A DNA stretch of 64,000 bases, from positions 18,042,001 through 18,106,000 of the forward strand of contig OZ024749.1 of NCBI GenBank assembly GCA_964016885.1. Reading direction: 5' to 3'. Every line of letters starts with the position of its first letter. Positions within the stretch are counted from its first letter, which is position 1. This document shows, one piece after another, positions 13,325 through 28,402 of this stretch. Position numbers and translations under genes: made by a program. Source of the stretch: Eledone cirrhosa. Taxonomy: Eukaryota. The notes beneath the pieces were generated by a model. It was not told the origin of the DNA. It saw only the letters and a list, made by a program, of their open reading frames with translations, and ran no database searches.

Positions 13325-15699
13325 CGAAAAACCTAAAATAATATATTTTTTTATACTTTTCAAAATATTTCAAAAATTGATTTTTTTGAAATATTTACTT
13401 CTGATTTCAAAAACCTAAAATAATCTATTTTTCGAAAACCCTAAAATAATATATTTTTCGAAAAACCTAAAATAATCTATTTTTTAATACTTTTCGAAAT
13501 ATTTCAAAAATTGATTTTTTTGAAATATTTACTTCTGATTTCGAAAACGTAAAATAATCTATTTTTCGAAAAACCTAAAATAATCTATTTTTTTATACTT
13601 TTCGAAATATTTCAAAAATTGATTTTTTTGAAATATTTACTTCTGATTTCAAAAACCTAAAATAATCTATTTTTTTATACTTTTCGAAATATTTCTAAAA
13701 TTGATTTTTTTGAAATATTTACTTCTGATTTCAAAAACCTAAAATAATCTATTTTTCGAAAAACCTAAAATAATATATTTTTTTATACTTTTCAAAATAT
13801 TTCAAAAATTGATTTTTTTGAAATATTTACTTCTGATTTTAAAAACCTAAAATAATCTATTTTTTTATACTTTTCGAAATATTTCAAAAATTGATTTTTT
13901 TTCAAATATTTACTTCTGATTCCAAAAATCTAAAATAATCTATTTTTCGAAAAACCTAAAATAATCTATTTTTCGAAAAACCTAAAATAATCTATTTTTT
14001 TTATACTTTTCGAAATATTTCAAAAATTGATTTTTTTTGAAATATTTACTTCTGATTTCAAAAACCTAAAATAATCTATTTTTCGAAAAACCTAAAATAA
14101 TCTATTTTTCGAAAAACCTTAATTAATCTATTTTTTTATACTTTTCGAAATATTTCAAAAATTGATTTTTTTGAAATATTTACTTCTGATTTCAAAAACC
14201 TAAATTAATCTATTTTTCGAAAAACCTAAAATAATCTAATTTTTTGTACTTTTCGAAATATTTCAAAAATTGATTTTTTTGAAATATTTACTTCTGATTT
14301 CAAAAACCTAAATTAATCTATTTTTCGAAAAACCTAAAATAATCTAATTTTTTGTACTTTTCGAAATATTTCAAAAATTGATTTTTTTTGAAATATTTAC
14401 TTCTGATTTCGAAAACGTAAAATAATCTATTTTTCGAAAAACCTAAAATAATCTATTTTTTTGTACTTTTCGAAATATTTCAAAAATTGATTTTTTTTTG
14501 AAATATTTACTTCTGATTTCAAAAACCTAAAATAATCTATTTTTCGAAAAACCTAAAATAATCTATTTTTCGAAAAACCTTAATTAATCTATTTTTTTAT
14601 ACTTTTCGAAATATTTCAAAAATTGATTTTTTTTGAAATATTTACTTCTGATTTCGAAAACGTAAAATAATCTATTTTTCGAAAAACCTAAAATAATCTA
14701 TTTTTTTGTACTTTTCGAAATATTTCAAAAATTGATTTTTTTTTAAATATTTACTTCTGATTCCAAAAATCTAAAATAATCTATTTTTCGAAAAACCTAA
14801 AATAATCTATTTTTCGAAAAACCTTAATTAATCTATTTTTTTATACTTTTCGAAATATTTCAAAAATTGATTTTTTTTGAAATATTTACTTCTGATTTCA
14901 AAAACCTAAAATAATCTATTTTTCGAAAAACCCAAAATAATCTATTTTTTTATACTTTTCGAAATATTTCAAAAATTGATTTTTTTTGAAATATTTACTT
15001 CTGATTTCAAAAACCTAAAATAATCTATTTTTTTATACTTTTCGAAATATTTCAAAAATTGATTTTTTTTTAAATATTTACTTCTGATTCCAAAAATCTA
15101 AAATAATCTATTTTTCGAAAAACCTAAAATAATCTATTTTTCGAAAAACCTAAAATAATATATTTTTTTATACTTTTCAAAATATTTCAAAAATTGATTT
15201 TTTTGAAATATTTACTTCTGATTTCAAAAACCTAAAATAATCTATTTTTCGAAAAACCTAAAATAATATATTTTTCGAAAAACCTAAAATAATCTATTTT
15301 TTAATACTTTTCGAAATATTTCAAAAATTGATTTTTTTGAAATATTTACTTCTGATTTCAAAAACCTAAAATAATCTATTTTTTTATACTTTTCGAAATA
15401 TTTCTAAAATTGATTTTTTTGAAATATTTACTTCTGATTTCAAAAACCTAAAATAATCTATTTTTCGAAAAACCTAAAATAATATATTTTTTTATACTTT
15501 TCAAAATATTTCAAAAATTGATTTTTTTGAAATATTTACTTCTGATTTTAAAAACCTAAAATAATCTATTTTTTTATACTTTTCGAAATATTTCAAAAAT
15601 TGATTTTTTTTCAAATATTTACTTCTGATTCCAAAAATCTAAAATAATCTATTTTTCGAAAAACCTAAAATAATCTATTTTTTTTATACTTTTCGAAAT

Positions 15700-18150
15700 A
15701 TTTCAAAAATTGATTTTTTTTGAAATATTTACTTCTGATTTCGAAAACGTAAAATAATCTATTTTTCGAAAAACCTAAAATAATCTATTTTTTTGTACTT
15801 TTCGAAATATTTCAAAAATTGATTTTTTTTGAAATATTTACTTCTGATTTCAAAAACCTAAAATAATCTATTTTTCGAAAAACCTAAAATAATCTATTTT
15901 TCGAAAAACCTAAAATAATCTATTTTTTTGTACTTTTCGAAATATTTCAAAAATTGATTTTTTTTGAAATATTTACTTCTGATTTCAAAAACCTAAAATA
16001 ATCTATTTTTCGAAAAACCTAAAATAATCTATTTTTCGAAAAACCTTAATTAATCTATTTTTTTATACTTTTCGAAATATTTCAAAAATTGATTTTTTTG
16101 AAATATTTACTTCTGATTTCAAAAACCTAAATTAATCTATTTTTCGAAAAACCTAAAATAATCTAATTTTTTGTACTTTTCGAAATATTTCAAAAATTGA
16201 TTTTTTTGAAATATTTACTTCTGATTTCAAAAACCTAAATTAATCTATTTTTCGAAAAACCTAAAATAATCTAATTTTTTGTACTTTTCGAAATATTTCA
16301 AAAATTGATTTTTTTTGAAATATTTACTTCTGATTTCGAAAACGTAAAATAATCTATTTTTCGAAAAACCTAAAATAATCTATTTTTTTGTACTTTTCGA
16401 AATATTTCAAAAATTGATTTTTTTTGAAATATTTACTTCTGATTTCAAAAACCTAAAATAATCTATTTTTCGAAAAACCTAAAATAATCTATTTTTCGAA
16501 AAACCTTAATTAATCTATTTTTTTATACTTTTCGAAATATTTCAAAAATTGATTTTTTTGAAATATTTACTTCTGATTTCAAAAACCTAAATTAATCTAT
16601 TTTTCGAAAAACCTAAAATAATCTAATTTTTTGTACTTTTCGAAATATTTCAAAAATTGATTTTTTTGAAATATTTACTTCTGATTTCAAAAACCTAAAT
16701 TAATCTATTTTTCGAAAAACCTAAAATAATCTAATTTTTTGTACTTTTCGAAATATTTCAAAAATTGATTTTTTTTGAAATATTTACTTCTGATTTCGAA
16801 AACGTAAAATAATCTATTTTTCGAAAAACCTAAAATAATCTATTTTTTTGTACTTTTCGAAATATTTCAAAAATTGATTTTTTTTGAGATATTTACTTCT
16901 GATTTCAAAAACCTAAAATAATCTATTTTTCGAAAAACCTAAAATAATCTATTTTTCGAAAAACCTTAATTAATCTATTTTTTTATACTTTTCGAAATAT
17001 TTCAAAAATTGATTTTTTTTGAAATATTTACTTCTGATTTCGAAAACGTAAAATAATCTATTTTTCGAAAAACCTAAAATAATCTATTTTTTTGTACTTT
17101 TCGAAATATTTCAAAAATTGATTTTTTTTGAAATATTTACTTCTGATTTCAAAAACCTAAAATAATCTATTTTTCGAAAAACCTAAAATAATCTATTTTT
17201 CGAAAAACCTAAAATAATCTATTTTTTTGTACTTTTCGAAATATTTCAAAAATTGATTTTTTTTGAAATATTTACTTCTGATTTCAAAAACCTAAAATAA
17301 TCTATTTTTCGAAAAACCTAAAATAATCTATTTTTCGAAAAACCTTAATTAATCTATTTTTTTATACTTTTCGAAATATTTCAAAAATTGATTTTTTTGA
17401 AATATTTACTTCTGATTTCAAAAACCTAAATTAATCTATTTTTCGAAAAACCTAAAATAATCTAATTTTTTGTACTTTTCGAAATATTTCAAAAATTGAT
17501 TTTTTTGAAATATTTACTTCTGATTTCAAAAACCTAAATTAATCTATTTTTCGAAAAACCTAAAATAATCTAATTTTTTGTACTTTTCGAAATATTTCAA
17601 AAATTGATTTTTTTTGAAATATTTACTTCTGATTTCGAAAACGTAAAATAATCTATTTTTCGAAAAACCTAAAATAATCTATTTTTTTGTACTTTTCGAA
17701 ATATTTCAAAAATTGATTTTTTTTGAAATATTTACTTCTGATTTCAAAAACCTAAAATAATCTATTTTTCGAAAAACCTAAAATAATCTATTTTTCGAAA
17801 AACCTTAATTAATCTATTTTTTTATACTTTTCGAAATATTTCAAAAATTGATTTTTTTGAAATATTTACTTCTGATTTCAAAAACCTAAATTAATCTATT
17901 TTTCGAAAAACCTAAAATAATCTAATTTTTTGTACTTTTCGAAATATTTCAAAAATTGATTTTTTTTGAAATATTTACTTCTGATTTCAAAAACCTAAAT
18001 TAATCTATTTTTCGAAAAACCTAAAATAATCTAATTTTTTGTACTTTTCGAAATATTTCAAAAATTGATTTTTTTTGAAATATTTACTTCTGATTTCAAA
18101 AACCTAAAATAATCTATTTTTCGAAAAACCTAAAATAATCTATTTTTCGA
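15700..18150. repeat. Locally homogenised sub-array with nested 460-bp and 1299-bp periods
   Basis: The aaaacgtaaaa marker occurs at 15748, 16343, 16803, 17047 and 17642 (16343 to 16803 = 460; 15748 to 17047 and 16343 to 17642 = 1299). The gtact, cctaaattaa and tctaattt variants are dense here. Confidence 0.75.
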
Positions 18151-18243
18151 AAAACCTTAATTAATATATTTTTTTATACTTTTCGAAATATTTCAAAAAT
18201 TGATTTTTTTGAAATATTTACTTCTGATTTCAAAAACCTAAAA

Positions 18244-21200
18244 TAATCTATTTTTTTTATACTTTTCGAAATATTTCAAAAATTGATTTTTTTGAAATAT
18301 TTACTTCTGATTTCAAAAACCTGAAATAATCTATTTTTCGAAAAACCTAAAATAATCTATTTTTTTATACTTTTCGCAATATTTCAAAAATTGATTTTTT
18401 TTGAAATATTTACTTCTGATTTCAAAAACCTAAAATAATCTATTTTTCGAAAAACCTAAAATAATCTACTTTTTTATACTATTTTCGAAATATTTCAAAA
18501 ATTGATTTTTTTTTAAATATTTACTTCTGATTTCAAAAACCTCAAAATAATCTATTTTTTTATACTTTTCGAAATATTTCAAAAATTGATTTTTTTTGAA
18601 ATATTTACTTCTAATTTCAAAAACCTCAAAATAATCTATTTTTTTATACTTTTCGAAATATTTCAAAAATTGATTTTTTTGAAATATTTACTTCTGATTT
18701 CAAAAGCCTAAAATAATCTATTTTTCGAAAAACCCAAAATAATCTATTTTTTTATACTTTTCGAAATATTTCAAAAATTGATTTTTTTTGAAATATTTAC
18801 TTCTGATTTCAAAAACCTAAAATAATCTATTTTTTTATACTTTTCGAAATATTTCAAAAATTGATTTTTTTTTAAATATTTACTTCTGATTCCAAAAATC
18901 TAAAATAATCTATTTTTCGAAAAACCTAAAGTAATCTATTTTTTTATACTTTTCGAAATATTTCAAAAATTGATTTTTTTGAAATATTTACTTCTGATTT
19001 CAAAAACCTAAAATAATCTATTTTTTTATGCTTTTCGAAATATTTCAAAAATTGATTTTTTTTGAAATATTTACTTCTGATTCCAAAAATCTATTTTTCG
19101 AAAAACCTAAAATAATCTATTTTTTCGACATATTTCAAAAATTGATTTTTTTGAAATATTTACTTCTAATTTCAAAAACCTAAAATAATGTATTTTTTTA
19201 TACTTTTCGAAATATTTCAAAAATTGATTTTTTTGAAATATTTACTTCTGATTTCAAAAACCTAAAATAATCTATTTTTCGAAAAACCTAAAATAATATA
19301 TTTTTTTATACTTTTCAAAATATTTCAAAAATTGATTTTTTTGAAATATTTACTTCTGATTTTAAAAACCTAAAATAATCTATTTTTTTATACTTTTCGA
19401 AATATTTCAAAAATTGATTTTTTTTCAAATATTTACTTCTGATTCCAAAAATCTAAAATAATCTATTTTTCGAAAAACCTAAAATAATCTATTTTTCGAA
19501 AAACCTAAAATAATCTATTTTTTTTATACTTTTCGAAATATTTCAAAAATTGATTTTTTTTGAAATATTTACTTCTAATTTCGAAAACGTAAAATAATCT
19601 ATTTTTCGAAAAACCTAAAATAATCTATTTTCTTATACTTTTCGAAATATTTCAAAAATTGATTTTTTTGAAATATTTACTTCTGATTTCAAAAACCTAA
19701 AATAATCTATTTTTCGAAAAACCTAAAATAATCTATTTTTCGAAAAACCTAAAATAATATATTTTTTTATACTTTTCAAAATATTTCAAAAATTGATTTT
19801 TTTGAAATATTTACTTCTGATTTCAAAAACCTAAAATAATCTATTTTTCGAAAAACCTAAAATAATCTATTTTTCGAAAAACCTAAAATAATCTATTTTT
19901 TTATACTTTTCGAAATATTTCAAAAATTGATTTTTTTGAAATATTTACTTCTGATTCCAAAAATCTAAAATAATCTATTTTTCGAAAAACCTTAATTAAT
20001 CTATTTTTTTATACTTTTCGAAATATTTCAAAAATTGATTTTTTTTGAAATATTTACTTCTGATTTCAAAAACCTAAAATAATCTATTTTTCGAAAAACC
20101 CAAAATAATCTATTTTTTTATACTTTTCGAAATATTTCAAAAATTGATTTTTTTGAAATATTTACTTCTGATTTAAAAAACCTAAAATAATCTATTTTTT
20201 TATACTTTTCGAAATATTTCAAAAATTGATTTTTTTTTTAAATATTTACTTCTGATTTCAAAAACCTAAAATAATCTATTTTTCGAAAAACCTAAAATAA
20301 TATATTTTTTTATACTTTTCAAAATATTTCAAAAATTGATTTTTTTGAAATATTTACTTCTGATTTTAAAAACCTAAAATAATCTATTTTTTTATACTTT
20401 TCGAAATATTTCAAAAATTGATTTTTTTTCAAATATTTACTTCTGATTCCAAAAATCTAAAATAATCTATTTTTCGAAAAACCTAAAATAATCTATTTTT
20501 CGAAAAACCTAAAATAATCTATTTTTTTTATACTTTTCGAAATATTTCAAAAATTGATTTTTTTTGAAATATTTACTTCTAATTTCGAAAACGTAAAATA
20601 ATCTATTTTTCGAAAAACCTAAAATAATCTATTTTCTTATACTTTTCGAAATATTTCAAAAATTGATTTTTTTGAAATATTTACTTCTGATTTCAAAAAC
20701 CTAAAATAATCTATTTTTCGAAAAACCTAAAATAATCTATTTTTCGAAAAACCTAAAATAATATATTTTTTTATACTTTTCAAAATATTTCAAAAATTGA
20801 TTTTTTTGAAATATTTACTTCTGATTTCAAAAACCTAAAATAATCTATTTTTCGAAAAACCTAAAATAATCTATTTTTCGAAAAACCTAAAATAATCTAT
20901 TTTTTTATACTTTTCGAAATATTTCAAAAATTGATTTTTTTGAAATATTTACTTCTGATTCCAAAAATCTAAAATAATCTATTTTTCGAAAAACCTTAAT
21001 TAATCTATTTTTTTATACTTTTCGAAATATTTCAAAAATTGATTTTTTTGAAATATTTACTTCTGATTTCAAAAACCTAAAATAATCTATTTTTTTTATA
21101 CTTTTCGAAATATTTCAAAAATTGATTTTTTTGAAATATTTACTTCTGATTTCAAAAATCTAAAATAATCTATTTTTCGAAAAACCTAAAATAATCTATT

Positions 21201-24200
21201 TTTCGAAAAACCTTAATTAATATATTTTTTTATACTTTTCGAAATATTTCAAAAATTGATTTTTTTGAAATATTTACTTCTGATTTCAAAAACCTAAAAT
21301 AATCTATTTTTTTTATACTTTTCGAAATATTTCAAAAATTGATTTTTTTGAAATATTTACTTCTGATTTCAAAAACCTGAAATAATCTATTTTTCGAAAA
21401 ACCTAAAATAATCTATTTTTTTATACTTTTCGAAATATTTCAAAAATTGATTTTTTTGAAATATTTACTTCTGATTTCAAAAACCTAAAATAATCTATTT
21501 TTTTTATACTTTTCGAAATATTTCAAAAATTGATTTTTTTGAAATATTTACTTCTGATTTCAAAAACCTGAAATAATCTATTTTTCGAAAAACCTAAAAT
21601 AATCTATTTTTTTATACTTTTCGAAATATTTCAAAAATTGATTTTTTTGAAATATTTACTTCTGATTTCAAAAACCTAAAATAATCTATTTTTTTTATAC
21701 TTTTCGAAATATTTCAAAAATTGATTTTTTTGAAATATTTACTTCTGATTTCAAAAACCTGAAATAATCTATTTTTCGAAAAACCTAAAATAATCTATTT
21801 TTTTATACTTTTCGCAATATTTCAAAAATTGATTTTTTTTGAAATATTTACTTCTGATTTCAAAAACCTAAAATAATCTATTTTTCGAAAAACCTAAAAT
21901 AATCTATTTTTCGAAAAACCTTAATTAATCTATTTTTTTATACTTTTCGAAATATTTCAAAAATTGATTTTTTTTGAAATATTTACTTCTGATTTCAAAA
22001 ACCTAAAATAATCTATTTTTTTATACTTTTCGAAATATTTCAAAAATTGATTTTTTTTTAAATATTTACTTCTGATTCCAAAAATCTAAAATAATCTATT
22101 TTTCGAAAAACCTAAAATAATCTATTTTTCGAAAAACCTAAAATAATATATTTTTTTATACTTTTCAAAATATTTCAAAAATTGATTTTTTTGAAATATT
22201 TACTTCTGATTTCAAAAACCTTAAATAATCTATTTTTCGAAAAACCTAAAATAATATATTTTTCGAAAAACATAAATAATCTATTTTTTAATACTTTTCG
22301 AAATATTTCAAAAATTGATTTTTTTGAAATATTTACTTCTGATTTCGAAAACGTAAAATAATCTATTTTTCGAAAAACCTAAAATAATCTATTTTTTTAT
22401 ACTTTTCGAAATATTTCAAAAATTGATTTTTTTGAAATATTTACTTCTGATTTCAAAAACCTAAAATAATCTATTTTTTTATACTTTTCGAAATATTTCT
22501 AAAATTGATTTTTTTGAAATATTTACTTCTGATTTCAAAAACCTAAAATAATCTATTTTTCGAAAAACCTAAAATAATATATTTTTTTATACTTTTCAAA
22601 ATATTTCAAAAATTGATTTTTTTGAAATATTTACTTCTGATTTTAAAAACCTAAAATAATCTATTTTTTTATACTTTTCGAAATATTTCAAAAATTGATT
22701 TTTTTTCAAATATTTACTTCTGATTCCAAAAATCTAAAATAATCTATTTTTCGAAAAACCTAAAATAATCTATTTTTCGAAAGACCTAAAATAATCTATT
22801 TTTTTTATACTTTTCGAAATATTTCAAAAATTGATTTTTTTTGAAATATTTACTTCTGATTTCGAAAACGTAAAATAATCTATTTTTCGAAAAACCTAAA
22901 ATAATCTATTTTTTTGTACTTTTCGAAATATTTCAAAAATTGATTTTTTTTGAAATATTTACTTCTGATTTCAAAAACCTAAAATAATCTATTTTTCGAA
23001 AAACCTAAAATAATCTATTTTTCGAAAAACCTTAATTAATCTATTTTTTTATACTTTTCGAAATATTTCAAAAATTGATTTTTTTGAAATATTTACTTCT
23101 GATTTCAAAAGCCTAAAATAATCTATTTTTCGAAAAACCCAAAATAATCTATTTTTTTATACTTTTCGAAATATTTCAAAAATTGATTTTTTTTGAAATA
23201 TTTACTTCTGATTTCAAAAACCTAAAATAATCTATTTTTTTATACTTTTCGAAATATTTCAAAAATTGATTTTTTTTTAAATATTTACTTCTGATTCCAA
23301 AAATCTAAAATAATCTATTTTTCGAAAAACCTAAAGTAATCTATTTTTTTATACTTTTCGAAATATTTCAAAAATTGATTTTTTTGAAATATTTACTTCT
23401 GATTTCAAAAACCTAAAATAATCTATTTTTTTATGCTTTTCGAAATATTTCAAAAATTGATTTTTTTGAAATATTTACTTCTGATTTCAAAAACCTAAAA
23501 TAATCTATTTATTTATACTTTTCGAAATATTTCAAAGATTGATTTTTTTTGAAATATTTACTTCTGATTCCAAAAATCTATTTCTTCGAAAAACCTAAAA
23601 TAATCTATTTTTTCGACATATTTCAAAAATTGATTTTTTTGAAATATTTACTTCTAATTTCAAAAACCTAAAATAATGTATTTTTTTTATACTTTTCGAA
23701 ATATTTCAAAAATTGATTTTTTTGAAATATTTACTTCTGATTTCAAAAACCTAAAATAATCTATTTTTCGAAAAACCTAAAATAATATATTTTTTTATAC
23801 TTTTCAAAATATTTCAAAAATTGATTTTTTTGAAATATTTACTTCTGATTTTAAAAACCTAAAATAATCTATTTTTTTATACTTTTCGAAATATTTCAAA
23901 AATTGATTTTTTTTCAAATATTTACTTCTGATTCCTTTTGGAATAATCTAAAATAATCTATTTTTCGAAAAACCTAAAATAATCTATTTTTTTTATACTT
24001 TTCGAAATATTTCAAAAATTGATTTTTTTTGAAATATTTACTTCTAATTTCGAAAACGTAAAATAATCTATTTTTCGAAAAACCTAAAATAATCTATTTT
24101 CTTATACTTTTCGAAATATTTCAAAAATTGATTTTTTTGAAATATTTACTTCTGATTTCAAAAACCTAAAATAATCTATTTTTCGAAAAACCTAAAATAA

Positions 24201-27200
24201 TCTATTTTTTTATACTTTTCGAAATATTTCAAAAATTGATTTTTTTGAAATATTTACTTCTGATTCCAAAAATCTAAAATAATCTATTTTTCGAAAAACC
24301 TTAATTAACCTATTTTTTTATACTTTTCGAAATATTTCAAAAATTGATTTTTTTTGAAATATTTACTTCTGATTTCAAAAACCTAAAATAATCTATTTTT
24401 CGAAAAACCCAAAATAATCTATTTTTTTATACTTTTCGAAATATTTCAAAAATTGATTTTTTTGAAATATTTACTTCTGATTTAAAAAACCTAAAATAAT
24501 CTATTTTTTTATACTTTTCGAAATATTTCAAAAATTGATTTTTTTTTTAAATATTTACTTCTGATTCCAAAAATCTAAAATAATCTATTTTTCGAAAAAC
24601 CTAAAATAATCTATTTTTCGAAAAACCTTAATTAATATATTTTTTTATACTTTTCGAAATATTTCAAAAATTGATTTTTTTGAAATATTTACTTCTGATT
24701 TCAAAAACCTAAAATAATCTATTTTTTTTATACTTTTCGAAATATTTCAAAAATTGATTTTTTTGAAATATTTACTTCTGATTTCAAAAACCTGAAATAA
24801 TCTATTTTTCGAAAAACCTAAAATAATCTATTTTTTTATACTTTTCGAAATATTTCAAAAATTGATTTTTTTGAAATATTTACTTCTGATTTCAAAAACC
24901 TAAAATAATCTATTTTTTCTATACTTTTCGAAATATTTCAAAAATTGATTTTTTTGAAATATTTACTTCTGATTTCAAAAACCTGAAATAATCTATTTTT
25001 CGAAAAACCTAAAATAATCTATTTTTTTATACTTTTCGCAATATTTCAAAAATTGATTTTTTTTGAAATATTTACTTCTGATTTCAAAAACCTAAAATAA
25101 TCTATTTTTCGAAAAACCTAAAATAATCTATTTTTCGAAAAACCTTAATTAATCTATTTTTTTATACTTTTCGAAATATTTCAAAAATTGATTTTTTTTG
25201 AAATATTTACTTCTGATTTCAAAAACCTAAAATAATCTATTTTTCGAAAAACCCAAAATAATCTATTTTTTTATACTTTTCGAAATATTTCAAAAATTGA
25301 TTTTTTTTGAAATATTTACTTCTGATTTCAAAAACCTAAAATAATCTATTTTTTTATACTTTTCGAAATATTTCAAAAATTGATTTTTTTTTAAATATTT
25401 ACTTCTGATTCCAAAAATCTAAAATAATCTATTTTTCGAAAAACCTAAAATAATCTATTTTTCGAAAAACCTAAAATAATATATTTTTTTATACTTTTCA
25501 AAATATTTCAAAAATTGATTTTTTTGAAATATTTACTTCTGATTTCAAAAACCTAAAATAATCTATTTTTCGAAAAACCTAAAATAATATATTTTTCGAA
25601 AAACCTAAAATAATCTATTTTTTAATACTTTTCGAAATATTTCAAAAATTGATTTTTTTGAAATATTTACTTCTGATTTCGAAAACGTAAAATAATCTAT
25701 TTTTCGAAAAACCTAAAATAATCTATTTTTTTATACTTTTCGAAATATTTCAAAAATTGATTTTTTTGAAATATTTACTTCTGATTTCAAAAACCTAAAA
25801 TAATCTATTTTTTTATACTTTTCGAAATATTTCTAAAATTGATTTTTTTGAAATATTTACTTCTAATTTCAAAAACCTAAAATAATCTATTTTTCGAAAA
25901 ACCTAAAATAATATATTTTTTTATACTTTTCAAAATATTTCAAAAATTGATTTTTTTGAAATATTTACTTCTGATTTTAAAAACCTAAAATAATCTATTT
26001 TTTTATACTTTTCGAAATATTTCAAAAATTGATTTTTTTTCAAATATTTACTTCTGATTCCAAAAATCTAAAATAATCTATTTTTCGAAAAACCTAAAAT
26101 AATCTATTTTTCGAAAAACCTAAAATAATCTATTTTTTTTATACTTTTCGAAATATTTCAAAAATTGATTTTTTTTGAAATATTTACTTCTGATTTCGAA
26201 AACGTAAAATAATCTATTTTTCGAAAAACCTAAAATAATCTATTTTTTTGTACTTTTCGAAATATTTCAAAAATTGATTTTTTTTGAAATATTTAATTCT
26301 GATTTCAAAAACCTAAAATAATCTATTTTTCGAAAAACCTAAAATAATCTATTTTTCGAAAAACCTAAAATAATCTATTTTTTTGTACTTTTCGAAATAT
26401 TTCAAAAATTGATTTTTTTTGAAATATTTAATTCTGATTTCAAAAACCTAAAATAATCTATTTTTCGAAAAACCTAAAATAATCTATTTTTCGAAAAACC
26501 TAAAATAATCTATTTTTTTGTACTTTTCGAAATATTTCAAAAATTGATTTTTTTTGAAATATTTACTTCTGATTTCAAAAACCTAAAATAATCTATTTTT
26601 CGAAAAACCTAAAATAATCTATTTTTCGAAAAACCTTAATTAATCTATTTTTTTATACTTTTCGAAATATTTCAAAAATTGATTTTTTTGAAATATTTAC
26701 TTCTGATTTCAAAAACCTAAATTAATCTATTTTTCGAAAAACCTAAAATAATCTAATTTTTTGTACTTTTCGAAATATTTCAAAAATTGATTTTTTTTGA
26801 AATATTTACTTCTGATTTCAAAAACCTAAAATAATCTATTTTTCGAAAAACCTAAAATAATCTATTTTTCGAAAGACCTAAAATAATCTATTTTTTTATA
26901 CTTTTCAAAATATTTCAAAAATTGATTTTTTTGAAATATTTACTTCTGATTTCAAAAACCTAAAATAATCTATTTTTTTTATACTTTTCGAAATATTTCA
27001 AAAATTGATTTTTTTGAAATATTTACTTCTGATTTCAAAAACCTGAAATAATCTATTTTTCGAAAAACCTAAAATAATCTATTTTTTTATACTTTTCGCA
27101 ATATTTCAAAAATTGATTTTTTTTGAAATATTTACTTCTGATTTCAAAAACCTAAAATAATCTATTTTTCGAAAGACCTAAAATAATCTATTTTTTTATA

Positions 27201-27550
27201 CTTTTCGCAATATTTCAAAAATTGATTTTTTTTGAAATATTTACTTCTGATTTCAAAAACCTCAAAATAATCTATTTTTTTATACTTTTCGAAATATTTC
27301 AAAAATTGATTTTTTTGAAATATTTACTTCTAATTTCAAAAACCTCAAAATAATCTATTTTTTTATACTTTTCGAAATATTTCAAAAATTGATTTTTTTG
27401 AAATATTTACTTCTGATTTCAAAAGCCTAAAATAATCTATTTTTCGAAAAACCCAAAATAATCTATTTTTTTATACTTTTCGAAATATTTCAAAAATTGA
27501 TTTTTTTTGAAATATTTACTTCTGATTTCAAAAACCTAAAATAATCTATT
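18244..27550. repeat. ~9.3-kb block collinear with 1-~12660, lacking that region's internal 1.1-kb and 2.8-kb duplications
   Basis: Identical ORF at 223/18466 (offset 18243). Markers cgcaat 7036/21813 and aaagcc 8335/23111 (offset ~14776). Marker order is the same. Confidence 0.8.
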
Positions 27551-28402
27551 TTTCGAAAAACCTAAAATAATCTATTTTTCGAAAAACCTTAATTAATCTA
27601 TTTTTTTATACTTTTCGAAATATTTCAAAAATTGATTTTTTTTGAAATATTTACTTCTGATTTCAAAAACCTAAAATAATCTATTTTTTTATACTTTTCG
27701 AAATATTTCAAAAATTGATTTTTTTTTAAATATTTACTTCTGATTCCAAAAATCTAAAATAATCTATTTTTCGAAAAACCTAAAATAATCTATTTTTCGA
27801 AAAACCTAAAATAATATATTTTTTTATACTTTTCAAAATATTTCAAAAATTGATTTTTTTGAAATATTTACTTCTGATTTCAAAAACCTTAAATAATCTA
27901 TTTTTCGAAAAACCTAAAATAATATATTTTTCGAAAAACCTAAAATAATCTATTTTTTAATACTTTTCGAAATATTTCAAAAATTGATTTTTTTGAAATA
28001 TTTACTTCTGATTTCGAAAACGTAAAATAATCTATTTTTCGAAAAACCTAAAATAATCTATTTTTTTATACTTTTCGAAATATTTCAAAAATTGATTTTT
28101 TTGAAATATTTACTTCTGATTTCAAAAACCTAAAATAATCTATTTTTTTATACTTTTCGAAATATTTCTAAAATTGATTTTTTTGAAATATTTACTTCTG
28201 ATTTCAAAAACCTAAAATAATCTATTTTTCGAAAAACCTAAAATAATATATTTTTTTATACTTTTCAAAATATTTCAAAAATTGATTTTTTTGAAATATT
28301 TACTTCTGATTTTAAAAACCTAAAATAATCTATTTTTTTATACTTTTCGAAATATTTCAAAAATTGATTTTTTTTCAAATATTTACTTCTGATTCCAAAA
28401 AT

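Noticed and set aside
13435-13446. Telomere-like words cctaa / cctaaa / ccctaaaa (TTAGG, TTTAGG, TTTTAGGG on the minus strand)
   Set aside because: They occur as a single 5-8-bp word per module and never in tandem, which is expected by chance. The three-C form is a one-off SNP.
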